Origin: an uncultured delta proteobacterium
Lineage (GTDB): Bacteria > Desulfobacterota > Binatia > Bin18
Assembly (NCBI GenBank): GCA_963733195.1
Contig: CAVTCR010000050.1
Span: 128,001-192,000 of the forward strand
Direction of reading: 5' to 3'
DNA length: 64,000 bases
How positions within the stretch are numbered: the stretch's first letter is position 1; each line of letters opens with the position of its first letter. Under the pieces are notes generated by a model, which saw only the letters and a program-made list of their open reading frames with translations, was not told where the DNA came from and did not search any database. Shown piece after piece: positions 31,655 to 41,954 of the stretch. The translations under genes were made by a program, and so were the position numbers.

Positions 31655-31948
31655 TCAAGGCAGCGAGGCAAGGATTTTGCGATATTCCTCTTCAGTAAAT
31701 GCACGCGAAGTCTCCGAACGGACGGTTCCTCGCATTCCGCTGGCGAGCGCGACTTTGGCCATGGTCTCGTCATTGGGCGCGTCAACAATCACAACGGCAT
31801 CATACTGCCCCATCATCAGGTAGAACCCTTTAATTTCCGCCCCCATCGCTTTATAGGATTGTTTCACGGCATCGAGTCGGGCCGCACCTTCTTTAATGTT
31901 CTCAATGCCCTTTTGCGTGAATCGAATAAGATGAATATAGCTAGGCAT
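31655..31948 (-). CDS. GYD-domain protein
   Basis: MPSYIHLIRFTQKG...MGQYDAVVIVDAPND...ETSRAFTEEEY; AGGAGG RBS. Confidence 0.9.
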   Translation of the reverse strand: MPSYIHLIRFTQKGIENIKEGAARLDAVKQSYKAMGAEIKGFYLMMGQYDAVVIVDAPNDETMAKVALASGMRGTVRSETSRAFTEEEYRKILASLP

Positions 31949-32139
31949 GGGACTCCCTCCTTTACTGGGGCGCGGGCGTTTTGCCCACACGGTTAGAAAA
32001 TGCCTATTTCCATTCGCAAACGGCTCCCTGATGGGTCTCATTGCTTTCTCACGCTCGTCGTATATGCGTAACAAATGAATGAACAAAATGTTCATTGCCA
32101 CTGAACAATTACTGCGAATACCCCATACCCAGGTAAAAA

Positions 32140-32290
32140 TCCTGAGGAAATTCTAAGGTTTTTCTGAGATTTTTCCGAAACTATGTTGTCAGCGCTAGTC
32201 GCTCGTTTCACCCCTCGGTAAACATGCACTCGTTACTGCCACGAGTCAACAAACAAACGGTGACATTGCGGTGATATTACGGTGACAGTT
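32140..32290. promoter_or_regulatory. Two arrays of 11-bp periodic direct repeats in a divergent intergenic region
   Basis: TCCTGAGGAAA/TTCTAAGGTTT/TTCTGAGATTT/TTCCGAAACTA at 32140-32183 and CGGTGACATTG/CGGTGATATTA/CGGTGACAGTT at 32258-32290. Confidence 0.6.
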
Positions 32291-32386
32291 TCGTCCGCCT
32301 GGTCGCACTAGTCGAACCGCTGGACAGGCAAAACAGAAAGAGGGATACTTCTGAGCCGCAGAAGGTGGCAAAGGAGGGGAACGTTT

Positions 32387-35300
32387 ATGTCCGCGCCGCT
32401 ACTGAGTTTTCCCCCATACTCGCTTGACGTTGAGAATGCCTGTCTCTGGCAAGGAAAAAAGCGCATTGATCTCATGCCGCGAGACTTTGCTGTCCTCCAC
32501 CATTTGGCTTCTCATCCCGAACGACTGGTAACTCACGAAGAACTACTCTCAGCTGTCTGGACCGACACCGTTGTGAGCCCAGGCGTGTTGAAAGTTTGCA
32601 TTCGTCGTATTCGCCGAATCTTACAGGACGGGGCGGATGCGCCACGGTTTATCGAAACCCGCCATCGGCAGGGGTATCGGTTCATCGCAAAAGTAGTCAG
32701 TAGTCAGGCAGAAGAAAAGCCAAAGGCATCAGTAGCTCCCGATACTCAGTTCTCCGCCCTCAGTCCTCCGCACTCTCTTCTAGTAGGCCGGGAAGCAGAA
32801 TTTGAGCAGTTACAGGGGAAACTCGAAAAGGCCCTCCACGGCGAACGGCAAATTGTCTTCGTGACTGGAGAACCCGGCATTGGCAAAACCACTCTCATCC
32901 GGGCGTTTCTCAGACAAGTTGCAACCCGTAAAGTGGCGGCGATCGGGCGAGGACAATGCGTAGAAACCTATGGAGCCGGGGAAGCTTACCTGCCGATTCT
33001 CGAAGCGCTGGGGCGACTCTGTCGGGCTCCAGAGGGCGAGCCGTTAGTCGAATGGCTCCGGCAACATGCCCCGACGTGGCTCATGCAACTGCCAACGCTG
33101 CTGACCACAAGTGAGGCGGAAGCCTTGCAACAAAAATTGCAGGGGGCCACTCAAGCACGGATGCTACAGGAGATGCTCGCCGCGGTTGAGACTCTAACGC
33201 CCGGACGTCCCCTTGTTTTGAGTATCGAAGACCTGCAGTGGAGCGATTATTCGACGCTTGATCTGCTGGCAATCTTGGCCCGTGGCCACGAGCCCGCTCG
33301 ATTATTGATCATCGGCACGTACCGTCTCGGAGAAATGCTCAGTAATGGCCATCGCTTACGTAAGGTCGTACGTGAATTGTATGCACATCAGCAGGCCAGC
33401 GAAGTGGCTTTGGGTCTCCTTAACGCATCTCACATCGGAGAATATGTACAACAGCGATTTCCTCACAACACGTTTCCCACAACCCTCGCCCCGGTTCTCC
33501 ACCAGCGCACCGAAGGCAACCCGTTGTTTCTGACCAATGTACTGGAGGATTGGGTAAGTCGCGGGGTCCTTATCCATGACGAAGAGAGCTGGAAGCTGCA
33601 AGCAAATTTCGAAGCGGTGGTGAGTGAGATACCCAACACGATTCGTCATCTCATTACGATTCAGAGTGAGCAACTGTTACCAGAGGAGCGTCGTGTCCTG
33701 GAGGTCGCCAGTCTGACTGGTATAGAGTTCTCCTCAGCCGCGGTAGCGGCAGCTCAGCAGACCGATGTCCTGGAAGTGGAAGAGTGGTGTGCAGGGCTAG
33801 CCAGCCGGCAACAATTTCTGCGGCCCGCCGGAGTAAGCCGGTGGCCGGACGGAACAATGGCCGAACGTTATGGATTTCTACATGCCCTGTACCAACAGTT
33901 CTGGCACGAACGAGTGCGTCTTGGACAGCGGCAATGGTATCACCTACGGATTGGCGAGCGACAGGAAGCTGCCTATGGCGAGCGGGCAGGAGAAATCGCG
34001 GCTGAATTAGCGATTCACTTTGAGGAAGGGCGAGATTATCCCCGTGCCGTACGGTATCGCTCGCAAGCCGCCGAGAATGCGATCCAACGCTATGCATCTC
34101 AGGAAGCAGTAGTCCATCTCACAAAAGGATTAGAACTGCTCAATCACCACCCTGACACCCCTGAGCGCATGCAACAGGAATTTGCTCTCCGAGCGACACT
34201 GGGGATTTCACTCCAAACGATTCAAGGTTACGGCAATCCTGTCGTAGAAGCAGCGTACACCCGGGCGCAGGAACTATCTCGGCAGATCGGAGAACCGGCC
34301 CAGCTTTTTCTCGTCTTGTATGGGCTTTGGATGTTTCATGTGTCACGAGCAGAGCACAACACTGCCCGTGACCTTGGGGAACAATTGCTTAGCTTGGCAC
34401 ACAGGGCACACGATAGCGGTCTGCTTATAGAGGCCCACGCAACGATGGGTGTCACTCTCGTATACCTGGGAGAGTTGCAGAGGGCCCGTACTGAACTGGA
34501 AGCTACTCTTACTCTCTACGACCCGCAGCAGCATCGTGGGCTGGCCTTTGTGTATGGACAGGACCCGAGGATTGCCTGTGGAGGGTACTTAAGCCAAGTC
34601 ATGTGGTTATTAGGTTATCCTGACCGCGCCCGACAGCGAAGCGAGGAGACTTTGCGATACGCTCAGGATTTCACCCACCCTATCAGTCAGGCGTACGCGC
34701 TTAACGAATGCGCCCTATTTTATCAACTCGTTCACAACACCTCGGTTGTTCAGCGGTTGGCAGAAGAGTTATTAGCGTTTTCTCAGCAACACAAATTCTC
34801 CTTTTGGGAGTTAGCAGCAGTAAGCCTACAGGCATGGTTGCTTACGGAACAAGGACAGCCGGCGAAATCCATTGCTCAGCTGCGTCAAGGTTCTTCTGTC
34901 CGAAAAGCCACGGGGACTGCCCTAAGATTACCGTATTACCAAGGATGCTTAGCCGAGGCCTACGGGAAGAATAATCAGCCCGAGGAGGGGATAACCCTTG
35001 TAGAGAGAGCTCTCGCAGTGATAGCAAGTACCGGTGAACGGTGGTGGGAAGCAGAGATTTATCGCCTCAAGGGAGCGCTTACGCTTCATCCCGACAGGTT
35101 ACAAACAGTCTCGTCAGTCAGGTCAGTTAAGGCAAGTCCAGTGTCGAAGTCCGAAGTCCCACAGTCCAGGTCCAGTGTAGAGCAGAGTCAGAGGCTGAGG
35201 AATGTTTCTTAAGGCAATCGAGATCGCACGAAGGCAGCAAGCAAAGTCACTGGAGTTGCGAGCGACAATGAGTCTCGTCCGTCTGCGGCAACAGCAAGGG

Positions 35301-35411
35301 AAGAAAAAGAAGGCCCGCGAAATGTTAGCAGCAATTTACGGTTGGTTCACCGAAGGGTTTGACACCAAGGACTTGCAAGAGGCCAAGGGTTTGCTTGAAA
35401 CTTTGGCTTAA
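32387..35411 (+). CDS. Winged-HTH (OmpR/Trans_reg_C) - AAA/STAND ATPase - TPR regulator (frameshift in the repeat linker, ~35100-35200)
   Basis: FIETRHRQGYRF, Walker A GEPGIGKT, IEDLQWSD, RTEGNPLF, WWEAEIYRLKG; C-terminal WFTEGFDTKDLQEAK in ORF 35202-35411. Confidence 0.88.
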
Positions 35412-35467
35412 ACAGCAAGTGAGGGCGAGACCTGAAGCAAGTGCGTAACTGTTATTGGCAAACACCC

Positions 35468-35640
35468 TTATAAAGTCTTCAGATACTGGATCAGGTTCTT
35501 CCGTTTCTCCGGCAACAGGTTCGTACCGTACTCATGGCCACCATTTGAGTTTCCCTGCTTAGTCGTATCGAGGCGAGCTGCACCAGCACATTTTTCGTCT
35601 CCAGTGTCGAATCCTACTTTCACAGGGCCGAACTTGCGAC
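35468..35640 (-). pseudogene. C-terminal remnant of a RoxA / di-heme peroxidase-like cytochrome c protein
   Basis: Translates as RKFGPVKVGF...LDTTKQGNSNGGHEYGTNLLPEKRKNLIQYLKTL*, matching the GNSNxGH...LIEYLKTL terminus of that family. Confidence 0.6.
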
Positions 35641-35862
35641 TACCAAGGATCCGAACAACTGCTCGCCTTTTTCGTTGACTAGACCTGTAATCGCAGTGGG
35701 GAGCGTAATGCGAGCATTGCCAGGGAAACGAATCAAGATCACGCCACTTGCCGCCCGGGCATTGGCGTAGACCAGTTCGCCAAAGTCCTTGTCCTCGGTC
35801 AGCAGCACGCGGTGCTCAAGCACCGCCAGGTCGATGATTGCCGTGTCCTCGGCGCGCGAGGC
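35620..35862 (-). pseudogene. Internal fragment of a DUF5615 PIN-like toxin
   Basis: PRAEDTAIIDLAVLEHRVLLTEDKDFGELVY...GVILIR; no N-terminus. Confidence 0.7.
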
Positions 35863-36192
35863 TTTACACCAGTCGTCAGTGTCCCACTCGTCCTAGAATA
35901 CGAAAGTGTCTTGAAAAGAAAAAACTTCCTCCACGAAGTGGGCCTCACCGCAAAGGAGATGGACACGATCGTCGATTATTTTATCTCTCGGGCGTATCTG
36001 CAACCGATCTACTTTCTCTGGCGCTCCTTTCTTCCTAACGCGCACGATTCGCACGTGTTGGAATGTGCGGTGAATGGGAGGGTGGAAACGTTGCTGACCT
36101 TTAACAAAAGACATTTTCCCGCTGTACGGCAACGGTTTGGCATTTCGGTGCTCACACCGGGAGAATTTCTGAAAACGTTTGGAGGTTCCTAA
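35860..36192 (+). pseudogene. 5'-truncated PIN-domain toxin
   Basis: SVPLVLEYE..IYFLWR..DSHVLECAV..LLTFNKRHF; the N-terminal DTN strand is missing. Confidence 0.7.
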
Positions 36193-36194
36193 CT

Positions 36195-36491
36195 ATGGCA
36201 AAGCGAACAACGATCCGTCTCATTCCTCCTTTGCAGGAAGATCTCTCAAGACTCGCTGAGGAAATGCAGGTGTCGTACAATCAGTTAGTCAACTACGCTT
36301 TGGCGCAATTTGTCGAAGCCCAAAAGGGTCTGACTATTGTAGAAGCACGGGCCCGTCGAGGATCACGGGCGGCTTTCCTCCACGCACTGAAGAAGGCAGA
36401 CCCGCGGCGCAGGAAGCCCGAAACAGAGGATGCATTACCAGAGGGATACTCACGGCAAGTGTTGATTGCAAAGTTAAAAAGAGCGTCGTAG
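36195..36491 (+). CDS. RHH/HicB-like antitoxin
   Basis: TIRLIPPLQEDLSRLAEEMQVSYNQLVNYALA..ARARRGSRAAF; follows the PIN gene; GGAGG RBS. Confidence 0.7.
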   Translation: MAKRTTIRLIPPLQEDLSRLAEEMQVSYNQLVNYALAQFVEAQKGLTIVEARARRGSRAAFLHALKKADPRRRKPETEDALPEGYSRQVLIAKLKRAS

Positions 36492-36632
36492 CGGGTGGAG
36501 TCAACGAAGCGTCTTCAGAGTCGTCCTACTTCAGGCTCATGACTATGGCACCGTTACCTCCTCCAAAAGTGCCTTTGCTTCCTTGACAGCTTACGTTGAG
36601 ACGCGATAGGGGGTACGCGACAGGAGGAAACT

Positions 36633-37997
36633 ATGACACAAACCACTGTGTTCAAGAACGCTCGGCTGATTGATGGTCTGAGTGATCAACCACGTAGTAA
36701 CGTATCACTAGTTATCACCGGCGATCGTATTACCACAGTTGAAGCAGGAGCAGTTCTTGCACCTCCAGACGCGCAGGTCGTTGATCTGCAAGGAAAGACG
36801 GTTGTTCCGGGCTTAATCGATACTCATGTGCATTCCACGTTCGTCGGCACTCCCAGTTTGCCGCTGTTTCTTGCTGCTGGTGTCACCAGCGCGCGCGACG
36901 TTGGTGGCAATCTCGAAAAAGTCAAAGGACTCAAAGCTGACCTCAACAGTGGCAAGAAACTTGGTCCGCGGTTGTTTATCTGTGGACCGTTACTCGATGG
37001 CTCGGTCAAGAGTTTTGAGTACCCGTCGTTTGCCGAGATGCTCGATAACATTCCGTCACCTGAAGTGGTGCCACAGAAAATTGGTGCGTTGCTCAACGCC
37101 GGAGTCGATGCGGTAAAGCTCTACTTTACTCTCATGCCGGATACTGCCACAGCGATCATCAAGTTTGTTGACAATCGCGTCCCAGTCACGGGTCATCTTG
37201 GCTATATGCATTCGCTTGACGCTATCAAAGCAGGCATTAACGGCTTGGAGCACGTGTGGATCTCGCCGTACAACGAGTTCTGCGCCCTTGATATGCAGTT
37301 TGGCGTCGGCGCGTCGATGATGAGCGGCAAGTTCTGGAATCAAACGCTCAAAGGCTGGGAAGAGGCTGACCTGCAGAATCCTCGTGCCCGTGAGTGGTTT
37401 GACGCGATGGTCAAACAGCAAGTGAATATGGGCACCACACTTGATCTGCTGTGGATCGCGAGATGTGGAGAAGAAGGCGTCAAGCGCGACCAAGATCGTT
37501 GTTACATTCCTCCGTACGCACTCTCTCGGCAACGGGCGATGGCCTCGCGCATCGGCGAACGTCCAGACTGGGATATTCACCCTGGGTTTTTTGATCCATA
37601 CAAAGGCACCCAAGCACTAGAGAAACATCAACAGGTCACTAGGATGTTGCACGAAGCTGGAGGGCTCGTGGTCGGAGGCACTGACTGCGGTGCGTTAGCG
37701 TATCCACCGCCGGGGTTCGCGCTGCTGCGGGAAATCGAACTGCTGGCTGATGCGATTGGCACCACAGCGGCCCTTAAAGCAGTCACTTCAGTTGCGGCTC
37801 GCTATCTCCGCCAGCAAGACAACATCGGCTCGATCGCCCCTGGGCGCTATGCAGACTTCTTGGTCATCGATGGTGACCCGTTGCGCGATGTACGGGAGCT
37901 GCGTAAGCTCACCACCGTCTACCGTGGCGGGGTGGCGTATGATCCACAAGCGCTTCTCGCCCAGGTACCAAAGTCAGATTTTGTTCCAATATCTTAA
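36633..37997 (+). CDS. Amidohydrolase-family protein
   Basis: PGLIDTHVH, GVTSARDVG, VKLY, GTD and GSIAPGRYADFLVIDGDPL. Confidence 0.9.
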   Translation: MTQTTVFKNARLIDGLSDQPRSNVSLVITGDRITTVEAGAVLAPPDAQVVDLQGKTVVPGLIDTHVHSTFVGTPSLPLFLAAGVTSARDVGGNLEKVKGLKADLNSGKKLGPRLFICGPLLDGSVKSFEYPSFAEMLDNIPSPEVVPQKIGALLNAGVDAVKLYFTLMPDTATAIIKFVDNRVPVTGHLGYMHSLDAIKAGINGLEHVWISPYNEFCALDMQFGVGASMMSGKFWNQTLKGWEEADLQNPRAREWFDAMVKQQVNMGTTLDLLWIARCGEEGVKRDQDRCYIPPYALSRQRAMASRIGERPDWDIHPGFFDPYKGTQALEKHQQVTRMLHEAGGLVVGGTDCGALAYPPPGFALLREIELLADAIGTTAALKAVTSVAARYLRQQDNIGSIAPGRYADFLVIDGDPLRDVRELRKLTTVYRGGVAYDPQALLAQVPKSDFVPIS

Positions 37998-38014
37998 TCA
38001 GCGAAGGAGGCACC

Positions 38015-38410
38015 ATGAAGTTTTTACACACTATGATTCGCGTCAACAATCTTGACGAGTCACTGAAGTTCTATTGTGACCAGTTAGGCATGAAGCTCTT
38101 ACGTAAACAGGATTATCCCGGCGGTGAGTTTACCCTTGCGTTTGTTGGTTATGGCGACGAAAAAAATAATACCGTCGTCGAACTGACTCACAACTGGGGA
38201 ACAGCCAGTTACGATCAAGGTAATGCGTTTGGTCATCTCGCACTGGGCGTGGACGACATTTACAAGGTGTGCTCCGACCTCAAGGCCAAAGGCGTTAAAG
38301 TCGTCCGCGAAGCCGGACCGATGAAACATGGCAGTGCGGTGATCGCCTTCATTGAAGACCCGAACGGCTACAAGATTGAGTTGATTGAGCTGAGTGGAGC
38401 GCGCGGGTAA
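38015..38410 (+). CDS. gloA: Lactoylglutathione lyase (glyoxalase I)
   Basis: LHTMIRV, FTLAFVGYG, ELTHNW, FGHLA and EDPNGYKIELI. Confidence 0.95.
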   Translation: MKFLHTMIRVNNLDESLKFYCDQLGMKLLRKQDYPGGEFTLAFVGYGDEKNNTVVELTHNWGTASYDQGNAFGHLALGVDDIYKVCSDLKAKGVKVVREAGPMKHGSAVIAFIEDPNGYKIELIELSGARG

Positions 38411-38555
38411 GAGCGGCATTCGCTGGGGCATAAGGGAACGGTCAGGGAGAAACGGAGAGAGAACAGATTGCTAGATTTTCTTTCGTTTTCCCATTACCCT
38501 GTCCCCTTAACAAGCTCATGTCCACATCTACTGTTCATAAAAAGGAGGATAAGTT

Positions 38556-38951
38556 ATGTCCTTAAAAGCAGCCAAAGATTCCATCGATCTCGGTATTTTC
38601 GTTAGTGACATCAAAAAGAGTCTCGCCTTTTACCAAGGCATTCTTGGGCTAGAGAAAACTGAAGAACTCGTAACCGGCTTCGGCACGTTACATCGCTTAA
38701 AATTCGGCACCAGTGACATCAAGTTGATGGACCCTAAGCAGGTGCCACCAGCTGGAGCCATCGGCTTGGAGAAACAACTCGGCATTCGTTACATCACCTT
38801 TGTGATCAAAGGCTTGACCGATCTGTGTAGCGAGCTCAAAGGCAAAGGGGTTGAGTTTACGATTCCTGAAACACAAATCCGTCCTGGTACGCGAATCGCG
38901 ATGGTGAAAGATCCCGATGGCAATATCCTGGAGTTTGTGGAGCGAGGGTAA
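38556..38951 (+). CDS. VOC/glyoxalase-family protein
   Basis: VSDIKKSLAFYQGILG...KDPDGNILEFV. Confidence 0.85.
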   Translation: MSLKAAKDSIDLGIFVSDIKKSLAFYQGILGLEKTEELVTGFGTLHRLKFGTSDIKLMDPKQVPPAGAIGLEKQLGIRYITFVIKGLTDLCSELKGKGVEFTIPETQIRPGTRIAMVKDPDGNILEFVERG

Positions 38952-38957
38952 CAATTT

Positions 38958-38984
38958 GTAGGGGCGCACCGTCGTGTGCCCCTG
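38958..38984. repeat. GTAG REP-like hairpin between convergent genes
   Basis: GTAGGGGCGCAC-CGTC-GTGTGCCCCTG. Confidence 0.6.
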
Positions 38985-38988
38985 ACAC

Positions 38989-40090
38989 TCACTTCCAAAC
39001 CTGGGTCGCTACCTCTACCACCAAGCGCAATTTCTTCTCCTGATCGGCAGGCGTCAGCGGATTTCCAGGTGCGGTGCTGGCAAAACCGCATTGTGGGCTG
39101 AGGGATAGCCGATCGAGCGGAACAACGCGACTTGCTTCATCGATTCTTCGCCGTAACTCATCTATCGACTCTAATGCTGGAGTCTTGGTACTGACAAGTC
39201 CAAGCACAACATGTTTGTCTCGCGGCACATATTTAAGGGGCGTAAAGTTTCCCGCCCGTGGTGAGTCATATTCGAGAAAGAACACGTCGATGGCCAAACG
39301 ACTAAACATCTGTTCAGCCACGAACTCGTACCCGCCCTCCCCTAACCACTTGCCTTGGTTGTTACCGCGACAGAAATGCATGCCAACAGTGAGATTCAGC
39401 GGTTGATTCTGCAAAGACGCATTCACAACATCAATGTACTTGTGCAACATCTCGTCAGGGTTGTATCCACGTGCCTTGAATCCTTCTCGTAGTTTTGCAT
39501 CACACAGTAGAGGGAGCGACACGTCATCAAATTGCACGTAAGTCACTCCGAGTGCAGCAAGCGCTGCGAGCTCTTGCTGGTAGACTCGTGCAACATCAGC
39601 ATAGAACTCATTTACATCTGGATACGCTTTTTCAGAAACACCTTCACGCCAACGAAAGTAGTGTTGCGAACATGGGCTTGGTAACGTGGCTTTTACCGTG
39701 CGCTTTGTCAGCGTCTTAATGAAAACGCACTCCTCGGTCGCTATGCCACGGATACGCCGCAGTTTTCCCGTCACCACTGGGGTCAGATACTTCATCTTCT
39801 GACCTTGCTGGTCCTGGAATGACAATTCGGCTTCCATCTCGGTAAACCCACTCACAGCAGCCGGGAAAGTGGCCGAAATAATACAAGCGGCGATATTCAC
39901 CATCAGTGATCGACTGCAAGCCCACCGATTCTTGCAACGCCACTGCCTGGCAAATCCACCGATCTTCTTCCGCGCGGAGCGCTTCAACAGCGAGCTTGCC
40001 TTCGTCAAACGCACGGCGTGCCGCGAGCAGCTCTGGTGGACGCAACAAGCTGCCAATGTGTTCGGCACGAAACGGTGGGGGCACGTTCAT
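38989..40090 (-). CDS. Short cobalamin-independent methionine synthase II family protein, frameshifted near 39870
   Basis: RAEHIGSLLRP, ITDGEYRR, HFCRGN, FLEYD, GLVSTK and SPQCGFAS. Confidence 0.85.
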
Positions 40091-40099
40091 AATTCTTCT

Positions 40100-40507
40100 C
40101 TACGACAGCAACGCCTTGTTCTTCGTCAAGAAAATAGCGGCTCCAAGCGACACCCCGATAGCAATCAAAGAGTACATAATACCGAAGATTATGTAACTGC
40201 CTCCCGGTGGCCTCGGGTTTTTAACGTTGAATAGAATCAGGTTAAGCACAACGTAGGTCGCATAGGCGTGGCCCATCGGCAGAGCAAACCGTTTCCTTTG
40301 CCAGATGCCAAAAGCATACAGCGCGAGGAACAAGCCAAAGATAGGACCAACGATGGTGTTTGCCATCCCTGATAATCGATCACCTAGGAATACGAAGCCA
40401 GTCTCCTCACTGCCAAGGCGGAAAGGTTTTAAGAGGTTCGATATCGCTAACAGGCTAAAAAGGACCGTAAAGATCGTGAACAGCCGATGAGGGTGTTGTT
40501 CTGCCAT
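40100..40507 (-). CDS. Hypothetical 4-TM membrane protein
   Basis: Four hydrophobic segments in 135 aa. Confidence 0.7.
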   Translation of the reverse strand: MAEQHPHRLFTIFTVLFSLLAISNLLKPFRLGSEETGFVFLGDRLSGMANTIVGPIFGLFLALYAFGIWQRKRFALPMGHAYATYVVLNLILFNVKNPRPPGGSYIIFGIMYSLIAIGVSLGAAIFLTKNKALLS

Positions 40508-40529
40508 TGTCTCACTCGTTCCTCAACGC

Positions 40530-41901
40530 TTACTGCCCAAGAAAGCGCATAACCTCAATATCGTTGACATCAAAAGTATCCGTGTGTCCGACCACCACGA
40601 TCTTCATGTCAGCTTGCATCGCTAAGGCATTGGCTTGATTCTCACCAAAAGGACCGACTATACTTACGCCGTCACCGTCGAACGTTATGTCTAACATTCC
40701 GTTACTATTCAAGCGCATCACAAGAAAGTCATTCAAACCAAACCTGTCGGTGTGACCGCCAACCACAACCTTTCCATCTGCCTGCAGGGCAATGGCTTGC
40801 CCCTGGTCGTTTCCATTTTGCTGAACGACCACAATTCCTCCTGTCGGTAGTGGCGTGCCGATTGGATTGAACGTGAGATCAACACTACCATCGGCGTTCA
40901 GTCTCACAACCTGAATGTCATAGTTCCCAAATCTATTCGTCTGACCAGCAATGAGAATCTTGCCATCAGCTTGAAGAGTAGCAGCTTGGACTTGATCATC
41001 TCCAGATTGACTGATGACTTGAATGCCGCCACTCACACGTCCGCCCAAGATGCTCGTGTTAAACGTCGTATCAAGTCCACCATTGACATTGAATCGTAAA
41101 ACCTGGACATCGTTTGAACCCAGCGCATCCGTGTATCCCGCCACAACGATCTTTCCGTCACCTTGAAGCGCGACTGCACATGCACGGTCATCACCGGTGC
41201 GGCTGACAATTTGGCTTCCGCCGTTATTAAATGTTGGATCGAGGCTGCCGTTGGCATTCAATCGTAAGACCAGCACATCATTCGAACCAAACACCGTCGA
41301 GGTACCAGTTACAATAATTTTTCCGTCACTCTGAATGGCAACGGCTTTCGCGCGCTCATCCCCACTGCGATTGATAATCTGCACCCCACCGCTCGGACGC
41401 CCGCCTAAATTGCTGAAGTTAAACGTCGTGTCGAGACTCCCGTCAGCGTTAAATCGCATCACCAATATGTCATTCGTGCCAAATATATTAGTATAGCCAG
41501 TCACGACGATTTTGCCGTCACTTTGCAACGCCACTGCCAATCCACGGTCATCTCCGGTCCTACTCACAATTCGTGCTTGGCCACCGTTAAACGTCCCATC
41601 AAAGCTGCCATTACTGTTCAATCGCACGAGTGTGACATCATTAGAGCCAAAGGTGTTGGTGTATCCAGCAATGACAATCTTGCCATCTGTTGGTTGGATC
41701 ACTACCGCTTGTCCACGGTTATCCCCGGATTGAGCGATAATACGAATCCCATCGTTATCGAATGATGAATCCAGGACTCCAGCCGCGGCAAAGACTGCAC
41801 CCACACCACAGCCCAAAAGGGCGATTAAAACAACAAGCAAACTACCAACGCAGCGTTGCCACCGAGTATCATGTAGTGACAGCTGCCGCAGAAGGATTCA
41901 T
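40530..41901 (-). CDS. Secreted delta-60 repeat (DUF5122-like) beta-propeller protein
   Basis: About 7 repeats of AVALQxDGKIVVxG...RLNxDGSLDxTF; ATG at 41901 after GAGGAGG is out of frame with the body (ORF track starts at 41840). Confidence 0.85.
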
Positions 41902-41954
41902 AGTTCCTCCTCATTCGGTCGTCGTTGCAGGGAACGGAAAGCTTACCTTTTCTG

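Noticed and set aside
17088-35411. STAND proteins as Avs-type anti-phage defence
   Set aside because: Their effectors are a cyclase and a wHTH, with no nuclease, TIR, SIR2 or protease domain, and the neighbours are metabolic; signalling is the simpler reading.
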